A stretch of DNA of 64,000 nt from a virus (lineage: Duplodnaviria > Heunggongvirae > Uroviricota > Caudoviricetes): the IMG/VR virus record IMGVR_UViG_3300035521_000566. The stretch is one strand, 5' to 3'. The position numbers were made by a program, and so were the translations under genes. This document shows, in pieces, positions 56,268 to 64,000 of the stretch (positions are counted from its first letter, which is position 1; every line of letters starts with the position of its first letter). The notes below the pieces were generated by a model. That model was given only the letters and a program-made list of their open reading frames with translations, had not been told where the DNA came from and searched no databases.

Positions 56268-58319
56268 TTATGATTCATACTGTTCTCCATCATTTTCAGC
56301 TTCAGCTGCATCCAAAATACTCTGCATTGAGGATGTCAAGCGACCATTATTCTTAGGTGCTGAACTTACAGGAGTTTCAACTATCTTGCCCTCAGATGTA
56401 ATAGCAACAGGTGCGTGTTCTACTGCTGCCTCAATCTTAATAGGTTCTGTACGCTTCTCAATAGCCTTCTCCTGCTTTTCTGTTTCTAACTTAACAATAG
56501 CATCATCTTCATTTCTGCCCGCAATAGGTTCTCCAAAATCAGAAACATCCTGTTGAATTTCAACTGCAGTCAATTTTGATTCAAGAGCACGACTTGTATC
56601 GTCTAACTTTGGAACATCAGAAACCTTAGACTCTACATAAACTGCATTCTGCTGATGTAGTTTACTAGGTCTGCTCATATACTGTTGAACTACTGAAGCT
56701 GCAGCCTGAACAAACATACCCTGCATTTGCTTCTTATTATCTCTTCTCACACGCTCCATATCCGCATTATGACGCTTCTGAGCATATGTGGCTGTAACAT
56801 AATCATTAACAGGTTGATGCTGAAATGGGTCGCCAGATGACTTTTCATGCTCACTACCTGAAGGTAACATAGCTGTCTCTGGCTCACCTTTGCTCAAGGA
56901 CTTATCAGATTCTGACTTGCCTTTATCAAGAGCAGCTTTTGCTGCCTGGCGACTAGCCATAATTTGCTTCTTCATATCATCCTTTGAAGCTATAGCCTGT
57001 TCTGTCTGCTTAATTCCTATGACAGGTACTTCGCTCTGAGCTTGAGTCTCAGTCTGCACATCAAGAGAAGCCATATATTCGTTAATACGGTCTCCGTAGA
57101 GTGGCATAATACCCTTCTCTTCTAATTCAGCCCAAGCCTGCTCATAATTGTTCTGACATTCCTGAAGTTCATCCATTGTAGTGATTTCACCACTCTCAAT
57201 TCCCTTCATCAGTTTATCCATACTACCGTAATCGTGCAATGTCTGAATATCTGAGCAAAGTGTCTTGTCATCACAATCAGACCATCTGTCACGAGAATGC
57301 TCATATGCTGACTGAAAATCTGGAAGTCCTGCCTGCATATTAGCCTGTAACTGCTCTCTTGCATATGCAATATCTGGGTCAATATAATGAGCAGAACTTA
57401 CATCATCATTGTATGGAAGTGGAAGTGCTTCGCCTGCGTCTCCGCCTGAAGGTGTATCTGGTCCGATAGGTCTTGGACCACCATTACCAATACCTGTTGA
57501 ATCATCTGGATTATCATAATAACTATTTCCCGATGCAGTATTAGTCTGTTCATCATATGCTGACGATGAATTAGATGCATTGGCTCCATAAGGTCTTGCA
57601 CCGCCACCATTCATATAAAAATCATCAACACTATTATGTTCTGGCTGACTTTCCTGACGCTGACGTGTAATATATTCACGAAATGCAGGGTCACGCATCA
57701 TCTGAGAAAGAGCTGTTGACATTACCATAGGCAAGAACATTTCCTTACGACGTTGTTCCTCGAACTTACGACGTTCTTCTTCTCTCTCTTTCTCCATTTC
57801 AGCATTCAGGCTTGCTGAATCCTTCTGAGCATCCTGAGCAATAAAATCAGTAGGCTGGTATTCCTGGTCAATACCAAACCAAGACAGCATTGTGTCTCTT
57901 GAATTACGGTCCAAATGCTGGAACTTTACATTAGAATAATACTGATAACGGGACTGGACAAGACCATTATCGTGGTCTTGAAAACCTGAAAGTCCAACAT
58001 ACTTTACATAATTTTTAGCATGGTCTTTTGCTGAAAGACCATCATATGTATTTTTAAAACCTTTCTTAGTACCGTGATAAATTACTCCTGTTCCTACAGC
58101 TCCAACGCCTAATGTTGCAGCACCCATAACAAGAGGAACTCTCACTGCGTCACTTACAAATGTCTTAGCTGGATGAGCCGCCATCTTTTTTCTATGCTGT
58201 TCAGCATATTTATATGCTTTCTCAGCACGCTTCTGTGCCTTATTTGTATCGACTTCGCTTTTGTAATATTCTTTAGAACGACTAAACTGTTCTGTACCAA
58301 GCGGTGTTGAATTTGCCAT
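56268..58319 (-). CDS. Large low-complexity hypothetical protein with one hydrophobic segment
   Basis: 683-aa ORF; C-terminal PKNNGRL motif. Confidence 0.8.
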   Translation of the reverse strand: MANSTPLGTEQFSRSKEYYKSEVDTNKAQKRAEKAYKYAEQHRKKMAAHPAKTFVSDAVRVPLVMGAATLGVGAVGTGVIYHGTKKGFKNTYDGLSAKDHAKNYVKYVGLSGFQDHDNGLVQSRYQYYSNVKFQHLDRNSRDTMLSWFGIDQEYQPTDFIAQDAQKDSASLNAEMEKEREEERRKFEEQRRKEMFLPMVMSTALSQMMRDPAFREYITRQRQESQPEHNSVDDFYMNGGGARPYGANASNSSSAYDEQTNTASGNSYYDNPDDSTGIGNGGPRPIGPDTPSGGDAGEALPLPYNDDVSSAHYIDPDIAYAREQLQANMQAGLPDFQSAYEHSRDRWSDCDDKTLCSDIQTLHDYGSMDKLMKGIESGEITTMDELQECQNNYEQAWAELEEKGIMPLYGDRINEYMASLDVQTETQAQSEVPVIGIKQTEQAIASKDDMKKQIMASRQAAKAALDKGKSESDKSLSKGEPETAMLPSGSEHEKSSGDPFQHQPVNDYVTATYAQKRHNADMERVRRDNKKQMQGMFVQAAASVVQQYMSRPSKLHQQNAVYVESKVSDVPKLDDTSRALESKLTAVEIQQDVSDFGEPIAGRNEDDAIVKLETEKQEKAIEKRTEPIKIEAAVEHAPVAITSEGKIVETPVSSAPKNNGRLTSSMQSILDAAEAENDGEQYES

Positions 58320-58334
58320 AACACTATGCCTCCC

Positions 58335-58925
58335 TTACATATATTTACGAGCAGCCTTAGAAGTTGCTTTTAAATAATCATCTTCTGTCACACCGTCATC
58401 ATATTTAATGGTTTCAAGCGTTTTTGGCATACGACGATTCATTCTCTTATCATCGGCTTTCGTCTCTGTCTCAGCAGCCATATCGAGTGCCGTCTGCATT
58501 GCGTCGTCCTCTAAATCTTCTTTCTTGATATGAGTGTATGCTTTACGCTGATTCACCTTATCACGCTGCTGCTTCTGACTCTGTTGATTACGTGTCTTCA
58601 TTTCCTGCGTAATTTTCATATTATCATCACGCTCAGCTTTCGAATAAGTCTTCTCTTTGGCTTTATTATTCTTATCCTGCACATAACGCTTCTGCGTCTT
58701 CTCTAACTGGGCGTCACTCACCTGACTGAAATCAGTATTGGAATTCATCTGACTATCATGAACATACTCTTTATAAGTACGAGACCCTATCTCAAGAGAA
58801 GTCTGCGTACGGGCATCATTTTCTCCGTTTCCTGATTCTTCTGCGTTTTCCTGTGCTGCCATACGGAGCCTACGACGTCTTGCTTCTTCAGCGTCTTTTT
58901 GTTTTGACTGTTTTGCATTCATCAT
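58335..58925 (-). CDS. Charged hypothetical protein
   Basis: 196-aa ORF, RBS GGAGG. Confidence 0.7.
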   Translation of the reverse strand: MMNAKQSKQKDAEEARRRRLRMAAQENAEESGNGENDARTQTSLEIGSRTYKEYVHDSQMNSNTDFSQVSDAQLEKTQKRYVQDKNNKAKEKTYSKAERDDNMKITQEMKTRNQQSQKQQRDKVNQRKAYTHIKKEDLEDDAMQTALDMAAETETKADDKRMNRRMPKTLETIKYDDGVTEDDYLKATSKAARKYM

Positions 58926-60631
58926 TAGAAACCACCTCCTGGTGAAGGTTCTGGACCATTACCACCGTTAAAATAGAAATCATAATCATCTGAACCGTTA
59001 GGCATATGACCATCATTCTTCTTGCCAGCACTCTGCTTTCCTGCCTTACGGTCGTCCTCGCCATAAGCAGCTGAACCATCTTCATGCTGAACATTACCAT
59101 ATTTATCAGAAGTATAAGCCTTATCCTCAAACTGAACACTCTGTTCATAGACTGTTTCTGCACTGGCATGACTGAACCACTGTTCAGGGATGTACTCAGA
59201 TAACTGCTTACAATACTCATATGCAATAGCAAATGTTTCATCAGGCACATCATATGTACCATCTTCATTTGCCTTGATATTCGTAAGAACTGATGGGTCC
59301 ACGCCCTTATCAGCACATTTACTCATAAAGTCCTGATGAGCATTTAAGATAGATTCTGGTACATCATAATTATCTTTCTGAGACGCCATCGAAGTGATGC
59401 CACCATAAGTTTCAATGATAACTCTACGTGCATCGTCTGCCAATGCAACATTACATGAATCAATTGCTCTATCATACGTATCTACAGCAAGACCTGCGTG
59501 TGTTGCTACTGCAAATTCTGATGTCATATTGCTTAAATTAGCGTATGCTTCATCCGCATTACTATCAGGATAAATGAAATTGTGGTCATCCATAAACATA
59601 TCTGCCTGCTGACTTTGCTGAAAATTAAATACCATATCAGACAACTGCTCGCCATACTCGCTAGGCTTATTATCAAAGTGACCAGCATAGTCTTTGCAAT
59701 ACTGATAAGACATTTTTGCATAATCAGCTTCTGAATTTGGAAAACGTGGTGAGAAGCCACCTGAGTATGGATTGCCGTCTCTATCCATAGCGTATATAAG
59801 CTTTCCATTTCTCATCTGTGGTTGACTCTGAGCATACATAACCGTATTTCCATTTTCATCTTTACCTGTCTGTACAGTGTAAAGCATATTTGCTTCACCG
59901 TTATTAAACTCGGCAAAATATTTATAATAATTCGGATTACGGTCTGAACGAATAGCAATCATGCCGCTCATCAGACGATTCACTTCATCATAATCAACAC
60001 CATCACGTTCACAAAGTTCATTCAATAAGTCAACAGACTTATTATAACCTTCGATGATTTCAGTTGCATTTTCTGGATGTGCACGCATATCATCATATGC
60101 TTTTTCAATCCATCCAATCTTATTCATTGCCGCTGTCTCAGCTGTGAGTGGCAAACGTCCGTTATTCGTTTCGATTGCCATCTTCATTCTCATCTTATCA
60201 CGCTTTTGAACAAAATTTGAGTTTGGAAACTTCTCAGCCATCTTATCCAAATACGGATACAATACTTTATTAGCTAAATGTTCTGGACCAAGCTCCTTAC
60301 GAAATCCCTTGTTGAACATACACATAGCTGTGTACATTCCAAGAGATGTAGCAACACTTCTGGTATTCACACCATCACGAAACGGTATTGCACAAAGTCC
60401 TACCATAGCAATATAGAACTTTCGATTCTGCATACGAAGAAGATTGGCTTGCTCATCGTTGTTTGCCTTCCAATCAGTAGCCTTCTTAGCAAAATCTATA
60501 TAATCCATCTTAAGATTCTCTTCCTGTTCAATCATGTCACGAAGAGCCTTAGTCTGAGACGCTGACATATGATAGCCATACATATTAGACTTATCTTTGT
60601 CAGCAAATATAGCATGTCTTTGTTCCGACAT
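58925..60631 (-). CDS. Hypothetical protein
   Basis: 568-aa ORF; C-terminal KNDGHMP motif. Confidence 0.8.
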   Translation of the reverse strand: MSEQRHAIFADKDKSNMYGYHMSASQTKALRDMIEQEENLKMDYIDFAKKATDWKANNDEQANLLRMQNRKFYIAMVGLCAIPFRDGVNTRSVATSLGMYTAMCMFNKGFRKELGPEHLANKVLYPYLDKMAEKFPNSNFVQKRDKMRMKMAIETNNGRLPLTAETAAMNKIGWIEKAYDDMRAHPENATEIIEGYNKSVDLLNELCERDGVDYDEVNRLMSGMIAIRSDRNPNYYKYFAEFNNGEANMLYTVQTGKDENGNTVMYAQSQPQMRNGKLIYAMDRDGNPYSGGFSPRFPNSEADYAKMSYQYCKDYAGHFDNKPSEYGEQLSDMVFNFQQSQQADMFMDDHNFIYPDSNADEAYANLSNMTSEFAVATHAGLAVDTYDRAIDSCNVALADDARRVIIETYGGITSMASQKDNYDVPESILNAHQDFMSKCADKGVDPSVLTNIKANEDGTYDVPDETFAIAYEYCKQLSEYIPEQWFSHASAETVYEQSVQFEDKAYTSDKYGNVQHEDGSAAYGEDDRKAGKQSAGKKNDGHMPNGSDDYDFYFNGGNGPEPSPGGGF

Positions 60632-60672
60632 AACACTTACTTCCTTTCGTTTTATTTTGTAACAATCAAGTG

Positions 60673-61170
60673 TTATTCCTTCTCATCGAATGAATAACCA
60701 TCATCATACATATTTCCCTTTTCATCCGTAGGGAATGTATTTGTATAACCTGCTGGCATATGACCATCATTCTTAGGCTTCGGAGCACCATCAAGCTTAG
60801 AATAATCAACTTTTGATTCTGCTTTCTTTGGTTCTGCCTTTTTTTCTGCTTTCTTTGCAGCTCTTTCTTCAGCCCACTGCTCACGAAGGTCTTCCATATC
60901 TTCGCTCTCATGCAGTATCATATCAGACAATTCTTCATCAGAGACCAAATCTCTATTATCAGCATTTAACTCGTGATATGAAGTAGGCTTTGTCGGTTTT
61001 ACAGGATGCTTTGCCTGATACACGGCTGCTTCAAACTCATAATCTGCATGACTCTTAACTGGTGCCTTAGCCTGTTTTGAATCATTATTTGGAACTACAT
61101 CTTTAGAAAAATCGAACTTCAATTGCTCAAACTGCTCATCCTCGTTCTTATTCTTGTCATTCATACTCAT
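60673..61170 (-). CDS. Acidic/charged hypothetical protein
   Basis: Start moved to 61170 behind AAAGGAG; C-terminal KNDGHMP motif. Confidence 0.75.
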   Translation of the reverse strand: MSMNDKNKNEDEQFEQLKFDFSKDVVPNNDSKQAKAPVKSHADYEFEAAVYQAKHPVKPTKPTSYHELNADNRDLVSDEELSDMILHESEDMEDLREQWAEERAAKKAEKKAEPKKAESKVDYSKLDGAPKPKNDGHMPAGYTNTFPTDEKGNMYDDGYSFDEKE

Positions 61171-61236
61171 AATTATATCTCCTTTACAATAAATAGATTT
61201 GATTACTGCATTAGGCATAGAATACCTACGTTAAAA

Positions 61237-61267
61237 TTATTATATATCCATATATGGAGATTGTCAA
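61237..61267 (-). promoter_or_regulatory. Consensus sigma-A promoter with palindromic operator (copy 2)
   Basis: Identical to 51037-51067. Confidence 0.88.
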
Positions 61268-61423
61268 CTGACTTTTAATTTCATTTTATGCATTTGCATA
61301 TTTGGCAACAGATAAATCACTGTAAAATATCAAAAACTATTATAATACAAAAATACTCATAAATCAAGGCAAAGAGAAAGACTGACTATATTGCATAGCC
61401 AGCCCTTCACTCACACTCACAAT

Positions 61424-64000
61424 TTAGTCTTCACCCATACTACCTCTTCCATCAGTGACTGATGAACTTGGCATATCTGGCATACGACCATTGTTATTCG
61501 ATTTTGCAGCCTTTGCAGACGGATTGTAAGTAGCCTTCTTAGGCTTTGTTTCAGTCTGCTTTACTACAGTTGCTTTCTTAGCCACTTTTGCAGCCTCAAC
61601 CTGTTCCTTTGAACTTACAGGTATTACATCCTTTCCTGGGATGTAATGTGGATGTTCTACAATATCAGGTGTAATATCAAGCCTTACGCTAACTGACTTT
61701 CCGTCTGGCGTCACAGCCTTGATAGCAGCCTTCTCCAGTATGCTCTCTACAGCTTCTGTAGGAGCAACGGCTTCTACATCTGCATTATCCTCAAGATAAT
61801 CCATAGGATTTACAGATGTTTCCTGTATATGAACAGCATCTCCAGCCTGCTCGATTGCCTGCTGACGCTCTGACTCATACTTGAAGTAATCGTGTGTAGA
61901 CATTACTTTGACTGGCTTTGTGTCTCTTGACTTCGTATCGGACTTAGCCATTGCACGAACCTTATCTTCTTTTCCAACTGAAAGAGCTCTCACATTATGT
62001 TCAACGCCCTTCGGCATAAATCTGCTTGCACACTTGCCGTCATAAATGCTTTCACCGTTCTTAGCTGCGTCTCTCAAGATACTAATAGCTGAATCGCCAG
62101 CATTCTTATATGCCAATCTATCAAGAAGACATCCTGCGTCTGTCTCCTCTACGCTTCGTACAAATCCATCTTTATCAGTAAGTGCTTTTGCAATATCTTC
62201 TGCATAATCAGGATTGATTGGCACATTCAGACCGTCCTTTGCAGTACAGATTTCAACAACCTGTTTCTTCCAAACATCGGTTGTAGCTCTCTTATATACT
62301 AGCTTGCCGTTCTGATATATCTGATTACCACTATCGTCAACTGCAGGCTGTTTTGTCCACACACGGCACTGCTTGCCTGTTGGCTGACCATACTGGTCAA
62401 GCTCATCAGCATATTGTGGTGTCATCTCATATCCTCTCCAACAATCACGAAGTGATGTCATAAGCAACTCATACTTCTGTCTTGCATCAATAGGGTCATG
62501 CTTTGCCTGAAGTAATCCCTGAGTTGCAGGATATGTCATCTCAAGCACTGCCTTCGCACAAGAGTCTCTGCAGTTCTTCATACCTCTCTGAGAATACTTA
62601 CCTGCAATACCAACTGACGCTTTTACTGCAGTTGCATATTCAACATTCAGAGAATCAGTACGACCAGCAAGTGGCTTATTATCTGGTTCTGAAACCATAT
62701 GCTCTATATCAAGAACAGCAGGCTTATCATCTGTTGGTTCAGTAAGACCAACCTTCATTCCACCGTAACGACCATAATCAACCAGCTTTGAAAAGCTTCC
62801 CTTTGCACCCGATTCTACAATTGCACTAAGAGATGCCATATGTGCCTTGTCGCTCTCATAGCTTACAACTGCTTCGCATGTATTATGGTCAAACGCTTCG
62901 TGAACATAATCGTTAATACTAGCAACAGCTGCCTTACGTCTCTTAGCTACTTCTTCATAAGAGATTTCTCCACGATTATACTGTCCTTCAAACTCGTTTA
63001 TATCAGCCGTAATACCTTCAAATCGGTCTTTTAACTCTGGTCTCTTGTATTCAGACATCTTAAGGTCAAGACCGTGGTTCATCATAATGTCAAACGAACC
63101 ATCTTCATTTTTAACACCATAGTCAAGCAAGTTTGACTCTACAGAGAATAAACGTTCTGCCTCATCCTTGATTTCACGCTGAGCTAAAATCTTAGAATCA
63201 CGCTTTGCGTCCCTTAAGTGACGATGTTCAAATGCGTCCTGAATCTGATTCTGAATATCAGGTGAATCGAACTTATCAGCCCAATCAGCTTCAAATTCTT
63301 CAACCGTCTTGCCGTTTCTGATTGCCTTATGCATCATACGGTCTTTAACATACTGAGCAGAGGCGTCTCTGTCGTACGCATCCATATGAGCCTTGAAACG
63401 CTCATCACGAACAGTCTTTTTAAGCTCGGCTTTATCTGTCTCAGCCCATGCAGCTCTAAGTTCCTTCTCACTTGCATTCGGATTTGATTCCAGATAATCA
63501 GCACGAACAGCCTGTTCAGCGTCTAACATAAACTGACTTGTATGAACTTCTCTCCACTCGTTTGAGAATGAAGTTAATAACTCATTACGCTGTTCTTTAG
63601 AAAGAGGTCTGCCTGCGTTCTCAGTATCACGATACTCGTCAAGATAACGGTCGCCTGCAGCCATTCTTGCGTGATTACGTAAATCGTTCATTTCGTTACG
63701 ATACCAGCTTCTCTCGAAGTCAGTCACCGACTTGCCTTCAGAGAGAGCCTGTATCCTCGCTGTTTCACGACGCTCATCCATCATAGCATTAAACTCTTCA
63801 GGTTCTAATGTACGTCTACCATTATATCCTTCTGAAGTATTAAGCTTTGCCAATGCCTCGTTACGACGGGCAATACGTTCATCTGATAAGAGCTGTCCTC
63901 TGTCCAAATGTACGAAATTAGTTCTATATTCGTCTAATGTAAGTCCCTCAGCTTCAGCTCTCTGCCAGCCCTTTGCGAATATATCCTTCATTGCTGGAGA
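61424..64000 (-). CDS. C-terminal part of a large protein with RNA polymerase beta-prime-like motifs; 5' end lies beyond the window
   Basis: Frame is open to the window edge; IVESGAKGS (62795-62812), ATAVKAS (62615-62635), PATQGLLQAKH (62498-62530); C-terminal NNNGRMP motif. Confidence 0.6.
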   Translation of the reverse strand, partial: SPAMKDIFAKGWQRAEAEGLTLDEYRTNFVHLDRGQLLSDERIARRNEALAKLNTSEGYNGRRTLEPEEFNAMMDERRETARIQALSEGKSVTDFERSWYRNEMNDLRNHARMAAGDRYLDEYRDTENAGRPLSKEQRNELLTSFSNEWREVHTSQFMLDAEQAVRADYLESNPNASEKELRAAWAETDKAELKKTVRDERFKAHMDAYDRDASAQYVKDRMMHKAIRNGKTVEEFEADWADKFDSPDIQNQIQDAFEHRHLRDAKRDSKILAQREIKDEAERLFSVESNLLDYGVKNEDGSFDIMMNHGLDLKMSEYKRPELKDRFEGITADINEFEGQYNRGEISYEEVAKRRKAAVASINDYVHEAFDHNTCEAVVSYESDKAHMASLSAIVESGAKGSFSKLVDYGRYGGMKVGLTEPTDDKPAVLDIEHMVSEPDNKPLAGRTDSLNVEYATAVKASVGIAGKYSQRGMKNCRDSCAKAVLEMTYPATQGLLQAKHDPIDARQKYELLMTSLRDCWRGYEMTPQYADELDQYGQPTGKQCRVWTKQPAVDDSGNQIYQNGKLVYKRATTDVWKKQVVEICTAKDGLNVPINPDYAEDIAKALTDKDGFVRSVEETDAGCLLDRLAYKNAGDSAISILRDAAKNGESIYDGKCASRFMPKGVEHNVRALSVGKEDKVRAMAKSDTKSRDTKPVKVMSTHDYFKYESERQQAIEQAGDAVHIQETSVNPMDYLEDNADVEAVAPTEAVESILEKAAIKAVTPDGKSVSVRLDITPDIVEHPHYIPGKDVIPVSSKEQVEAAKVAKKATVVKQTETKPKKATYNPSAKAAKSNNNGRMPDMPSSSVTDGRGSMGED

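Larger units (their letters stand above)
1..64000. mobile_element. Fragment of a large Firmicutes mobile element (megaplasmid or giant conjugative/prophage-like element)
   Basis: Dense small hypothetical ORFs, its own nucleotide-metabolism, replication, protease and HU genes, a tyrosine recombinase, a lone tRNA and a large ncRNA. No ribosomal or core housekeeping operons and no virion genes recognised. Strong AGGAG RBSs. Confidence 0.65.

Noticed and set aside
387-63034. Short antisense or overlapping ORFs in the track (e.g. 387-587, 2042-2455, 14725-14967, 42676-42873, 46446-46682, 52629-53051, 62503-62745)
   Set aside because: They overlap better-supported genes, lack RBSs and have no recognisable motifs; treated as shadow ORFs.
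1-64000. Alternative genetic code (stop-codon reassignment)
   Set aside because: Long conserved genes are uninterrupted under the standard code and all three stops are used at gene ends.

Overview
A 64-kb, AT-rich piece of a large mobile element from a gut or rumen Firmicute (Lachnospiraceae/Clostridia-like RBSs and gene content). It is most likely a megaplasmid or giant conjugative/prophage-like element. No capsid, terminase, tail or T4SS ATPase genes are visible in the window, so phage versus plasmid cannot be settled. Genes run almost all on + from 1 to 45.2 kb and on - from 46.5 to 64 kb, converging at a bidirectional terminator near 46.15 kb. The + arm carries many small hypothetical genes, a sigma4-alphaCTD fusion, a tyrosine recombinase, ung, rarA, a DUF262 protein, nrdD, clpP, thyX, dut, a SNF2 helicase, SSB-like and primase-like proteins, a MoxR-VWA-Clp ATPase-UvrD cluster and an orphan PemK/MazF. 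The main candidate for a new system is a reverse transcriptase (YSDD; not group II intron, DGR, Cas-linked or classical retron). It is followed by an ~820-nt ORF-free structured region and two coupled partner genes, closed by a terminator. By recollection the layout is UG27-like, which needs checking. Next come a ~700-nt ornate ncRNA (ROOL-like) and an initiator tRNA. The - arm encodes low-complexity proteins that share a C-terminal K/N-N-D/N-G-H/R-M/L motif. Two of its operons start from an identical 31-bp promoter with a palindromic operator. The arm also holds the C-terminal part of a large protein with RNA polymerase beta-prime-like motifs (SGAKGS, bridge helix, trigger loop). GATC appears to be absent throughout. 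All family calls come from motif recognition by eye, not from database searches.
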